From Camelus ferus (lineage: Eukaryota): a stretch of DNA of 64,000 nt. The stretch spans positions 102,922,001 through 102,986,000 of the forward strand of contig NC_045696.1 of NCBI RefSeq assembly GCF_009834535.1, in the 5' to 3' direction. The number at the start of each line of letters is the position of its first letter. The stretch's first letter is position 1. Both the position numbers and the translations under genes were made by a program. The notes below the pieces were generated by a model. It was not told the DNA's origin. It made no database searches and saw only the letters and a list, made by a program, of their open reading frames with translations. Of this stretch, positions 37,505-50,336 are shown piece by piece.

Positions 37505-40500
37505 AAAAGGCCAGTAAACTGGCTTTTTACAATTCTTAAAACAATTCAGGTCCAGCCACACTGCACGTTAGAGATTAAAATCAGCACTTAGAAGAAAAAA
37601 CAAGCCCCCCAGGCGCTCAGTGGAATATATTCAGGAATTCAAGATGTATGCGCCTGCAGTGCACACCCAACCCCAAGTGCTTCTCCTTTCTCCACCAGTT
37701 CGGATTACTGGGGTCCTAAGCAATAGGGCCTTTCACAGCATTGACCGTAAGTCAGTGTGAACATTGACTTTTTAAATGGCTAGATAAGTCCTCGCCATTA
37801 GCAACATCTGTAGCTACACAAAGTAACATAATCAGGGTAATCAAATGTCATGCTTTGGGTGGTAAGCTGATCTAAACTGGGGATCATAGAGGAATGTTAT
37901 CCCCCTCCTCTGCAAGAACACAATTGAGCTTGTGGCCCGTTCACTAGGAAAGGATTGGCACAGGGTACAGCCTTTGTTGGACTCTGGACATAATACAGGA
38001 AAGGGAATTCTGGCTCCTTTGAAGCAAGCCATTAAGGGTTTAAAAAAAAAAAAAGAATTATGTGGAATTTGTCCATGGTACTTATTTTCCAGAGTTAACC
38101 ATTCATGATGTGTTCATTTCTCTATGAGCCACAGAGTAACTCTATGACGCCTCCAAATAAATGTAAACGGCTGACTGCTTCACAAAGCTGAGCAGATAAG
38201 CCTTCACTCTCTACTTAGCTTTGAGAGCTCAGGTCACTGCACAAAGGGAACACACTCAGCTTCTTAAAAGCTGGCCTCTTTTAAGAAAATTCAAGAGTCT
38301 TTCATTCTTTGGCAGTAAGATCTATGCAAATTGCCAGTGGTATCAGTATCCAAGTTTCCTCGACATGTATCATTTAAGACCTTCTCAGCTTTACATGGAC
38401 TGCGAACTGTTCATTTTCTGCTTTACTAAGAAAAGAGCTCAGGGAAGGCAGCTACAGCTTCCAGGACTCTGTGGGGTAAAGACACGTGGTTCTTCAGCCA
38501 ACTTTAGCAACCATTAAAAGTGCTCGCAGTGGAAGGCTACATGTTTATTTGTAAAGAATTCATAGGAAGCTCTTTCTGAAAGACTTCAGTTAGCCTCTGT
38601 CCCAATTCAATGAAACAGTGAAAAAAGCTTTTAAGCAGGAGTGCTATCTCTAGGTATATTGTGGTAATTTAAAAATGTAGAAAATAAAAAATAATGATAA
38701 AGAATTTATTTCCATTAAGATGTTTCCCTTGGACTCCAGATGGTCGCCTAGAATCACGCCACAGCCTTAGCACTGGCAATATCCTCTATACCACTTGTTT
38801 TCTGTACCTGTGGGATCCCTTTAGAAAAAAAGAGTTCTGCTTCTCCATGATTAAACTACAAACTGGAAGAGCTGTTTCGTCAGATTGAAAGGATCAGGCT
38901 TCGAAGCAATAGTACATATCCACTCTAGGTGACATAAAAAGACTATACTCAGTCACTGTAGCATTTTCCTAAAATTTTACATATATTTCTAAAGAGAAAA
39001 TTAAAGCCAAAATGAAAATTATGAATTTAATTTTTTAATCTAACCCAGAATAAACCAAAACGGTCCTTTCTTACTTACCTAACAAGTATTGCTTAAGAAA
39101 GAGTTTTTAAAACAGAAAAATTAAGAGAATTAAAAATTATGTGACCCTCACGCCATGGTCACTATTTGCACTGATTATGAAAAGTCACCTAGAATCCTAA
39201 AGCAAGAATGCGCTAAAACAAACACCACCCGCCGCCCCCGGGAAACATGAGGGGATTTATCTCAATTTAACAATCTTTTTTTTTTTTTAAAAGCAGCTCT
39301 AGAATCTGAGGCTGTATTATTGCTATTAACGTAAGGAAAATTGTGCATACCTGTTTCAGCAGGTGTTATCACCTAAGATTTGGAGGTCCAAAAAAACAAT
39401 TCGGGAGATTCAAAATTCAGTCTCTCTAAACTGTATCTGTCCTCAAATAATCTGCCAAAGTCAGTGTTTGACCAAAGAAAACGAGCAACTAACTCCACGC
39501 TTAAGTCTTGTGCCTACTACCACAGATTTTAATCTCAAAAAGAACTTGGTCTCAGGTAGAAAGGCCAATTTGCAATGGGTGTGGTTTGGAACTATAAAAA
39601 AAAAAAATCAGGAGGCAAAAATGTAGATGTCATCACTTTATCTGTTTGATTATGACTGTAGTGCTTAAAATACACTTTTATTCACTTGATATATATACCA
39701 GGATATTCACCCTTTAGATTCCACTCAAGCAGGTCTTTTTCTTATGGAATGAGACTCCCTGTCCTATGAGGTCTTATGTTAATTTTATAAATATTCTTTT
39801 GCCACTTTAATTTTGAAATGGCAATTTCTTTTTCACCATGTGAAAAAACATTAAGCAATTACATATACATGGCGATTCCTAAAAAGATTAGGAAATTGTG
39901 TTAAACTTAAAAAAATAAAAACAACAAAAACCCTATACCTTACTGAATTTTTTTTTATAGTCACTGGACTAATTTCAGTCAAATGTACAAAACCACCTTT
40001 GAATAGTCACTAGAAACATATAGAATTATACAGCCTTAAAGCTAGAAAGTGCTCTCAAGGGTTATAGTCCAATTCTACTTCTTCAGCGAGGTAAGGATCA
40101 CTTATAAAGTCTATAATTTACTTTCACCAAAGGGTTAGTTCTCTGAAGAGGAAGTCTGAAACACTTTTTATGATGGTTCTATAAAAGTGAGGAATGGCTA
40201 TTATAAATCTGCTTCCTAAAGCGAAAGAAAAAGTTAAGGGTTCATTATGTCACAAGCCAGTTTTAAAAAGAAAGTATGTACTGTATAATTCCATTTATAT
40301 GAGATTCTAGAAAATGCAAACTAACCCACGGTAACAGAAGGTAGATCGATGGTTGCCTAGAATGGGGCAGAAGGAAGGACAAGAGTGATGAAAATGTTCT
40401 GCATCTTGATTGTGGGGATGACTGTATATACTGTCAAGATATATCCACTTTAAATGGCTACAGCCTATTAGACCTAACTTATACCTCAATGATGGTTAAA

Positions 40501-40507
40501 AGCACAT

Positions 40508-40588
40508 TGGTTCAATCCCCAGTACCTCCATTAATAAACAAACAAACAAACAAACCTAATTACCTCCCCCTCAAACAAGAAAAAGAAA
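40508..40588 (+). mobile_element. vic-1-type SINE lacking its 5' half, at the end of an old L1ME-like fragment (about 40250-40495)
   Basis: GGTTCAATCCCCAGTACCTCCATT(AAAC)nCTAATTACCTCCCCC. Confidence 0.85.
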
Positions 40589-41791
40589 CTTCCCATACCA
40601 TTAAGCATTTTTTGGAAACATGCCTTTCATGCTTCATAATGGTCCACCTTATTATGACTTTACCATGACTTATTTACGCACTCGTTGGTAAGGTGGTTTC
40701 CAATGTTTCACACTGAGAAACAATGTTTTGACATCCTTTAACACAGAGAATAAAGAGGGGATGAAGTTGTACCCTGAATCCAAGTTCTCTAACATTTTAT
40801 ACACTACATTTTGCTACAATTTCACTTTCCACTCTGCCAGGAAGGTGGGCTAGACAATTAAAATAAGCAGCATAGCGGCTGCCACCTTTGCTGACAATAG
40901 TTTTTTTTCCCAAATACCTACTATGACCCTCAACCAAAATTCCAGTGAAAATATACTAATTTGATATCAATAAAAACTGTGTAGAAACTGATGTGGAGTC
41001 ATTGATCAGGGCCAAGTGCATGGTGTAGTTTTAACAGCTTGTGAATATCAAGGCAAAAGGACTGTCTGAACACTTAAAAATAGTCAATAAATACTGAGAA
41101 ATAATCTGATTCAAAGTTGCTTATATAACTCAAATTATTTGATAAAACAAAAGTATTTAGAAAAGAATTTACTGTTACATGTTTAAATGAAACTTTGGGG
41201 CAGGGGTGACATTTTAAAAATCTCTGTAAACCCACATATCCCTCCTTAGGAATTTGTTTAAAAGTATTTTCATGATAATCGTAAGAATTTTTTCTGTATC
41301 TTACAAATAGTCCATTTCTCAACCTTCTAAAACATCAGGACAGTGACTACCCTTGAGAGTAGTAACCACTGGAAGGAAGCAGGAGGATTTCTGGGGGTGC
41401 TGGTAATAATTCTGGTTTCTTGATACAGATGCTTATTTCATGGGTATATCATTTTATAAAAATTCATCAACTTATACACTTACAATATGTACATTTTCCT
41501 GCAAGTATACTATACATCAATTGAATATTCAAAAACAGACCAAAAAAAAGTCTGTTCCTTTACCCCCAATATACTGCTAGGTGATCTGACAGAATATGAA
41601 TTAATATGTTTATTAAAAGAGGATTGGAAACCTCATCTCTAACAATCCCAGTTTTCCTCACTTAAATTAGACATTCCTAGCATTGCTCTTTTTGCCAATG
41701 ACACTCTAAGGAAACAATAAATACATATATATTGCAGAATTTTGGTGTGTACGTAATAGAATCACAATCACTCAAATTTAGTACTTCAAAT

Positions 41792-42767
41792 TGGAAACGA
41801 GCAGAACTCTGTGTGCCCCACCAAGTACAAATGCCCCTGTAAGTCCCCTGCCTCTTGTTTGTAGAAAAGCTGAAGTCTCCCAGGCCTCCCAGAGTCACAA
41901 TAGAGCAGGCTCAAGTGGTTAATGATTAGGACTGTAGAGTCGCAGACTCAGTGTCTGATGACAGAATGGGATCACCACTACTGCTCATAATAATCTACAT
42001 CTTTATGGGCATTAGAGTAATTGTAGCTTGCTCTGCCCAGGTATGTGAGCAGGCAACTAAAACTGTCAGCACAGCGATGCTACAGATCTATGTCGACATC
42101 TTCCATCTGCAAATACAGCACCTTGTGTCAGCATGAAGAAGTTACAGAAGATGGACCTTCACCTCTAATCCCATAGAAATGGAATGATGTCTGACAGTGG
42201 GGATTTGTAACCAGCTCATTTGCCCCTGTCTCTGTTCGTTCATCTGTTTTCCTCAGATCTTAAACATAAAGATGAGATCACTAGACAACATTTAGCCTGA
42301 CTTCTGACTTCTGCTCTACTGAATGTACACAATGCCTTGCCTAACCTGTCGATTCTTTCCCTGGTTTAGAAGGAGTAAGAATGAAGAATTACGTAACTAA
42401 AGAATGACCAACTCTCTACCCTAACTGTGCCTTAGTAAGTCTGCAGGTTTACCATGAAGGTGCGGGCAGACCATGCAGGCAAGAGAACAAAGGAAGATTA
42501 GGAGAAGTCAGCAAGTCTGCACACAATGCAAAAATGACAAAGAATCTGACCTCCTATCTTAATGATTAACTGAGATTTTTACCCCCATTTTTCTCTTTAA
42601 AAATTGTCATGGCTGAGCAGAATCTTCAGAGATGGTCTCTGGACATGAGTCCACCTTCTCCCTATATTGCCAGCTTTTCTGAAAAAAGTAACTTTCCTTT
42701 CCACTGACACCTGCCTCTCGATTATTGGCTTTTGAGCAATGAGCAGCCAAACCTGAATTTGGTAATA
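41792..42767 (+). mobile_element. ERV1-class (MER4/MER41-group-like) LTR element, 976 bp
   Basis: TG... start and ...GGTAATA end (degenerate CA). 4-bp TSD AAAT at 41788-41791 and 42768-42771. 3' end CTGCCTCTCGATTATTGGCTTTTGAGCAATGAGCAGCCAAACCTGAATTTGGTAA is typical of this LTR group as I recall it. Confidence 0.8.
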
Positions 42768-43463
42768 AAATCAATTCAATATGTAGTTTTGAGTACCAGC
42801 TATGCCCAAGATGCTACAGGGGCTTCTTTAATGTTGTACAGCCTTATGGAGGCAGATCCTAGAGAAGAACTCAAAAAGAGACTTCAAAAGACCAGGAGAT
42901 GGCATGGATTCTTTTTATCATTTTAATTCAGTGTCTAGAAAAATGAGTAGATACCATACCTTCTAGCACGTTGGAAAATGTTTCCCAGAATGAGTAGGTG
43001 TCAAAGTTGGTCATAAATATGTATTATTATAGATAAATGGGCAGAAAGCTAGAAGGGCAGACCAGGAAGTCGAAAGGGTGCAAACAAAGTTGTAGAAGCA
43101 TAAGAGCAGGTGGCACATGATAACTACAGGAAAGCAAATATTCTGGCTGAAGGAGGGTGCCTATTTCCTATCATCTTTTTTTTTCTGAATCTAAATTACC
43201 AGAGAAGCAGGCACAATGTGAATTACCTCCCTTTGCAACACATAGAGGTAAGTGTCGCTGCAGCTCTGCTTGACTGTACAAAAGTCCTGAGACATCCTTT
43301 CCAAAACTTCTTGTTTTGGAATCTGGCCTTGAGATGATCTCAACTGAGAAAACTATCCAGTTGAGTCCCATTTTCTCATGCACATCAACGTTAAATGCCT
43401 GAAGGCCCCCTGGCAGTGATAACCACTGCCGTCTTATTTGTCAACAAAGGCAGACAATGAGTC

Positions 43464-44062
43464 TGTGACAGGCAGAATAATTCCCCCAAGTGGCCCATGC
43501 CCTGATCCCCAGAACCTGTGAAGTTGCAACCTTTCATGGCAAAAGGGAATCTGCAGATGCGATTAAGGATGCGTATGGGCCTTGGGAATAGGGTAGATTA
43601 TCCCCAGTTATCTAGACAGGTCCAATCTCATCACCTGTGTCCTTAAGAGCAGAGAACCCTGCCCTGCTGGGTGGGAGAGATGAAACAGAAAGAGGAGAGA
43701 CGTGAAAGCGTGAGAGGGACTGTTGCTGGCTTTGAAGATGGAGGGAGAGGTCATGAGCCGAAGAATGCAGCCCTGCTGACACGGTATTTTAGCCCAGTGA
43801 GACCCAGGGGGCATCTAGAATCTGGGAATGGCCTTCAGCTTACACTCAGGAAGAAAACGGGGCTCTCAGGCCCACCACCTCAAGGATCAGAATTCTGCCA
43901 ACACCCCCAATGAGGATTCTCCCCTAGGGCTTCCAGAAAGGAACACAGCCCTGCTGACACCTTGTTTTAGCCCAGTGAGACCCATATGGGACCTCTGACC
44001 CACAAAATCGTCAGATACTAAATTTGTGGTATTTTGTTATGGGAGCCACAGAAAAATAATAA
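43464..44062 (+). mobile_element. MaLR solo LTR (MLT1D/E-like)
   Basis: TGTGACAGGCAGAATAAT...CCCAGAACCTGTGAA...ATGGCAAAAGGGA...GCTGGCTTTGAAGATGGAGG...GGATTCTCCCCTAG...TAAATTTGTGGTATTTTGTTA. Confidence 0.88.
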
Positions 44063-45686
44063 AAGCTTAGACAGTTTTACTCCAGACAGGGTGTTCTTCT
44101 CACCTTGGCCTTGGATTTGCCCACAAGAGAGAACAGTTACCCTTCGGGAGAAGCAAAGAGGGAAGACGAGTATATCTGGCGGAAGAGGCCAATGTTAGCT
44201 TTACAATTTTGCTTAAATAAATTTTCCCTCCAAGAGAATATATGTACATACACACTAGAAGTCAAATATTCAGTCTGCTATTCAAATAGAAGCTTAAAAA
44301 GAAAAATATGACAAAAATTAAAATATTCAAGATTTTGCCAATAATGATGAACAGAAGTGCCTTTGTCTTAACCATACCTGGTAGGCTGGGGCCGGGGGAT
44401 CACTGCAGTAGACATTAAATGCTACCCAGCAATGAGGTGTGGTGTTCTCACTGGTAGTCACAGGAGCAACCCCTGGAGCTTAAATAATGCAGATCCCTGG
44501 ATCTCATCCTCCAAGGTTCTCAGTCTCATTCAGAAGGGTGGGGCCCAGGAATCTGAACAGGATCGGAATGAAGAATTTCTGAATTCTGTCCCCTAACGAA
44601 TGACTAACATTGCTGAACCATTCTCCACTTCTTCCACCAACCACTGGAGACTTCTGCTGGTCTCACCAAGATCCAAAAGGCAGTTCTTGTCAGGAGTTAG
44701 CCCAGGGGCTAGCCCATCTAGGAGACAAGATAGTTAAGGGTACAGCTTTGATATAAACAAACCTGGATTTGATTCTGCTCCTGCCTCTTAATGAGGGAAT
44801 GCTTGGGGCAAGTCACTCAAGTTCTCTGTACCAGTTTCCTCATTTGCATAAAAGGAATGGAAGACCTACCTGCCCACAGGGCTGTTATGACAGATTGAGC
44901 ACAGTTCTTGGAACACAGTAACTATTCAGCTATTGTGATTGTAACATGACCCTAATTCCATTTCTGGATGAAGTTAAAGCAAAATATTTATGAACAGAGG
45001 TAGTTTGAATCCTTTTCATCCCTGTAACAGTGTCAGGAAAGATTAAATATTTAATGGAAACAAGCTTCTACTCCAGACTGCATGGAATTGAGCGTGTTTA
45101 CAAGAGGCTGTGTTGAGGGGGGAAAAATAAAGGGAACCATAATAAAATAAAGAAAACCATAATACAACAAAGAGAATCCATATTTGTTGAGGTTATATAT
45201 ACCTAAGGAAGCATGATTTTCTAACAAACCTCTAGAAAGGTTACCTGAAGCAAAAGATGTTTTTCCCAAGCACAAGCATTTAGGAAATTTACCTCTTTTC
45301 TCACCTTAGAACATGAAATGCCAACTAAATGGATTGTTGAGACAACTCCTTGCCATCACTAAGTATTTCAGTCGCTGAGCCAGCCTCCATTCTGATTTGA
45401 AGACTGAGAGTGAAACTGAATTTCCTGCTCAAGGTTACAAAGCAAGATAAATAATCTCAACCTCCGGGTGAATATGAGGGACATAAATTATCACGTCGCT
45501 GAAAACTACACATGATTCAATCACATGAAAATGAACAGATGCAAACAGGAAGGCAACAGCACAGCACTGCTGAGTCCATGCTGATGACATCTATCACAGT
45601 CAAATGGCCTGGAATTGGGGGTCACAACTAGAAAAACGAATCAGAGACTAAGAACTTAATTAAGAAAATACAAAATAAATGACAAA

Positions 45687-45850
45687 CAAGGTCCTACTAT
45701 GTAGCACAGGGAACTATATTCAATAGTGTATAGTAACCTATAATGAAAAAGGATACATGTATATGTATGACTGAATCACTATGCTGTACACCAGAAACTA
45801 ACACAACATTGTAAGTCAACGGTACATCAATAAAAAGTAAATAAATTAAA
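45687..45850 (+). mobile_element. Short LINE-1 3' end with TSD
   Basis: CAAGGTCCTACTATGTAGCACAGGGAACTATATTCAATA...ACACAACATTGTAAGTCAAC. TSD ACAAAATAAATGAYAAA at 45670-45686 and 45851-45867. Confidence 0.88.
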
Positions 45851-45980
45851 ACAAAATAAATGATAAATTAACCGTAAAAGATGATGTTGAAAGAAATATA
45901 ATACCTATTCTTTATTTTCCTCTTGTATCTTTTAGTGCTCTCTGCTTTCCTTTTTCTCTTTTATCCTTTATAGAAAAGGT

Positions 45981-46095
45981 GGGGGTGGGGGTGGGAATAG
46001 CTCAGTGGTAGAGTGCCTGCTTAGCACGCACAAGGTCCTGGGTTCAATCCCTAGTACCTCCGTTAACAAAAAAAAAAGTTTAAAAAAAAAAAGGA
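45981..46095 (+). mobile_element. vic-1-type SINE, short form (tRNA head plus poly-A only)
   Basis: TAGCTCAGTGGTAGAGTGCCTGCTTAGCACGCACAAGGTCCTGGGTTCAATCCC. Flanking AAAAGGT repeat. Confidence 0.9.
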
Positions 46096-46391
46096 AAAAA
46101 GGTAGGAAACATTAACAGATGAGAAAAGGGCATCTGAAGAAAATCTTTATGTCTGCACCTGCTGGTCCTTCTCAGACTACTGTCCTCTACACGAGGGGAG
46201 GCACGATTTGATTATCTGGTGGGGAGACCCATTCAGGGAATCTTTGCTTCCAGGAGGCCCTATTGTTAAAGCAGCACTCTGGCCTCTTTCTCTGCATTCC
46301 CTTCTCACTCTCCTCTGAACAAGGGTAACTGATTCATCTCACTCGTGAGAGAGTAAGTGTTTTGGGTCCACTGAACCTCCTTTCTCCACTG

Positions 46392-46576
46392 CAGTGATTC
46401 TCAAACTTTAACTGCAGCAGAATCCTAGGGCTCATTAACACATAGACTCTTGGGCCCCACTCCCCAGAGGCTCTGACTCAGTTCACCTAGGTTGGAGACC
46501 ACAAATGTGCATTTCAAACAACTGCAGAGGTCATGCTGGTGCTGCTTGCCTGAGAGGCACCATCTGAGAACCACTG
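46392..46576. mobile_element. MER5A-like hAT-Charlie MITE
   Basis: Terminal inverted repeats CAGTGATTCTCA... / ...TGAGAACCACTG; internal GGGCCCCACTCCCCAGAG..TCTGACTCAG. Confidence 0.85.
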
Positions 46577-48132
46577 CTCAAGTGGGTGGGGCTAAAATGC
46601 TCCACATCGCTGTCCTCACGCGGCCTGCCCTTTCCCTCTTCGGCAGCAGCTTGTCCCCAGGATGCACACTGTCCTCTGCCTCCAAATGGTAAGCAACCCA
46701 GAGGCAACTGTCCAGCACTTCTGCCTGGGATGGGGTAGGTAGAAGTTAAAATTCTGGGAGGAAAGGAATGAGGAAGACCGTTTGGCCACACATCTAGCCT
46801 GCAATCCTGACCCAGCTCCACGAGGAATAAAGTTGGTATTTGGAGCTCTATGTAAGAGGCCTCTATAGATTTCTCAATCAGTTCAGAGAATAAAGAGAAG
46901 AAGAGTATGAACTATCAGCCTCCTCAATCTAAGAGCATCCAGCCTAACAATCATGGGAATGACAGGGAATGTGACTAAGAATTCCAAAGGCCTCATTCTG
47001 GAAGCAGAGTGACCCTGTCTTGTCTAAGCCATAATGCTGGAGCCATACAGCATCAACTGTGCATAATGAATAATGTTCCTGCTCCTGGAACACGGAGTTG
47101 CCACCAAAGTGGTGTAAGTGGAGAGAAGAAGATACAGAGCCTCCAGGAAATTCAGCCTAGATTACTTCTCTAGGTCAGTCACCAATAAATGTTCGGACCA
47201 GGCTGGCTAACTCAACAGCTCCATCCCCACCCACAGCAAAGCCCTCAGGCTGTTCCTCAGCACCTCAGGCACCTCTTGGCCACCACTTCCAGCTCTGCTT
47301 TGCATCCCTGGGCCTGGCAGCTCTGCTCCAGTGCCACGTTCTGCCCACCTACCCAGATCCTGCAGAGATGCGTTTGTGTCTCAATTCTCAGATGGTGCCC
47401 TGACTTCTTCCAACCCTGCAGTGTAGCCAGCGCTGCCCCACATCAGCTCAGCCCCACTCAGCTCCTGGGATCCCCATCTGGACTCAACATCGCCAGCCCC
47501 TCCTCCTTTAGGAAGGAAATCGGGACAGCAGAAGGTTTTCCTTAAGAGCAGAAAAATTACAAAACAACCTCATCAGCCAAAAAGAAGAGAGAATAGGGTG
47601 AAATCCATGCGGGTCTTACATTCTGTGGCCTCCAGACTCCTGGGGCACCCATCTCAGGGCTCTGGTAAATTCTTCCTCACCAAACTAAGGGCCCCCTCTG
47701 GCTGCCAAAGGGACAAAATAGTACCATGGGCCAAATCCTGCCTGGACACATGCCCTCTGTGGCTCATTCGGTGTTTTCTAAATTTTGGAGCTAATATGTA
47801 AAAATGAGGAGATTCACATAAAATTCAGGTTTCTATTTTCTCTTTTCAAATCAGAATCTCATTTTTACATACCTGCTCCAAAATTTAAAATTTAATTGCT
47901 CAGCAATCCTGAGCCCATATTTCCACATGATGACACTGGGCTAGGCCAATGACAGTTGTGCTTTTCAGGTAAGGGGTAAACATTCAAGTTGCCCACAATC
48001 CTTACGGTCCCCTACCCTCCCAGTTCTCCCAAGGGCCTTTCTTCCACAGAGCATATGTGAACCGACAGTGGCTAAGCACAAGCTCTGCCACTGTGAATTT
48101 TCTCAGATATCCCTAAATTCAAATTAGAGTAT

Positions 48133-48269
48133 GGAGGGGAGGGGAGAGTATAGCTCAGTGGTAGAGTGTGTGCTAAGCATGCAAGAAGTCCAGGGTTCAA
48201 TTCCCAGTACCTCCAATTAAAAATAAATATATAAATATACCTAATTACCCCACCCAACAAAGAAAAATA
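48133..48269 (+). mobile_element. vic-1-type SINE
   Basis: tRNA-Ala-like head. TSD CAAATTAGAG(T/G)AT at 48120-48132 and 48270-48282. Confidence 0.93.
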
Positions 48270-50336
48270 CAAATTAGAGGATTGTGATCTTGAAAGAAAG
48301 AAATATATGTGTGTTTTTTTTTCTCTTCAGCAAGTGGTGGCTTCCATTCTGAGTCATGAAGAGAGGAGAAGAGAGGTGACGAGAGAATAAAGGAACTCAA
48401 ACTAAAAAGGCCATCTCTTTTCCAACATCTCTAGTTCTCCAGGACTCCCTGAAAGAAAAAGTAGGCATATCCTGTGTTGTTATAAGACAAAAATTCCGTA
48501 ATCCAAAGTTACCAGATGTAGAACTTTATGGCCTACTTAATGATAAACTACATATAAAGCAAATAAAAGTTTATTGTTTTTGGAAAGGTCCTGTCACTTG
48601 ATGGCCTTCTTTATTTCGCAAGAAGCTGGAATACAGAAAAACGCAGAGGAGAATTATCACCTAATTAGGAAAAGATCCTTGTGCCATAATAGTGTACAAA
48701 GATCTTCTCTCGAGTCACCTGTTACTTGCATGCACAGTGAACTGGCTGACAGCACTGCTATGCCACCATCAAACCACTGCAGTGCCACCGCCAGAGACAC
48801 GCCCCAGAGTCACACAGGTCTGGGCACCTTTGGAATTCCTGGTCTTTGCCCAGAAGATTAGATTAGTGAGTCAGTGTCAAGGTAAATATTTGCTTTTCAA
48901 AATTCTCCCTTCTCTGTCTCACTTCTCTCCCTGTAAGGCCAGCACTTAAATGGCAAAATAAAATGTGTCACACCTTACTTCTCTTTTCTTCTCAGAGGAC
49001 TCCCAGGACAAGAATGGCTTTTGCAGTCCTTTTCCTCCTGGTTCAACATAACACAGGTCCAACAATAAGTGAGGGAAATGTTAAATATTCTGCTAGGAGT
49101 CTTTCACAGGTTATGTTCGCTTGAGATCTAACCTTTTCTACTGATGCAACATAAGGAACAAGGGAAGTTAGGCTAAGGCTTATATCTATAGCGGCATGGC
49201 CCGCCAGAAGCACTAACAGTGATTCCTCCGGAATCTGATTTCCAGGTTATGAAGTGCTTCCACACAGTGTGTCACAAGCAAGAGAGTATTCTATAAACCC
49301 TACATACAAACATAAAGGGTCTGTATTACGATTTTTGAGCCAGACATGACGCACCATTCTATTGTGCATCATGCCCTGCCCTGATTCTCAGTTCAGAAAA
49401 GAGGAGGATCTCAGCCCACTGTTTACCCTAAAGCTAGAGTCTCCATTGATTATCTCTGCTCACGGACAGAAACAAGTTAAAATTAAGTCAATGAAAACTA
49501 TTAGTATAGAGTAGTTTGCTTCCCAAATGTCTCCTTTTGCAATCACATGCTTGCTTCTTAGGGAAAAAAAATATTTTTTAATCTTTATTCACCATTCCTA
49601 TTTTTTTACAGTGTAATTAAGAAATACAGTTTAGTTACTTTCACGCATATATTGCAGTACCTAGGGAGGCATAATGTATCAGTAGGAGTCCTGACTCTGG
49701 AGTCAGAATCCTTGAGAAGAAATACTGACTCTGCTTCCTATTAAAATTGCATCAACTTGGGTGAGTTATTCCAAGTCTCTGTCTTCACAGCGAAAAAATG
49801 AAGATGATGATGATGGTAACACCAACTTTACAGATTTTGGGGAAGGATTAATTTTAAAAAACAGCAAAAGACTTAGACATATGGTAAGTGTCTGATAGAT
49901 GTTAGCTATTATTTTAAATATTGGTGATTCATGATTTTCACAGCATTAGCGGTCCTCAAAAGTAATATAACTGTGTATACAATTGTATATTATGTGTATA
50001 CACACGTATATGTATATGTAGGCACATAATACATATAGGGGAAGGGAGGAAAGGGTGAAGAAATCATCTCAATTTGCAGAAACGACATTCACCAATAATT
50101 GATGGGAGACTTGTTTATTGAATAAAGGCTTGGATGAAGTTAATGACATTTAAACACTGCACTTGAATAATTTAAGTAATCATTAAGGCAGTTCACTACC
50201 CATTTGTGAGAAGAAAACCATACAGAGCATTACAATTAAACTCCAACCACTTACATGCATTCTTTTTTAGAGATTCTGTGTTTTTTTTCTTTCTGTTTTT
50301 TAAAAGAAAAAAAACCCTACAGAGCTGGTTCTAGAC

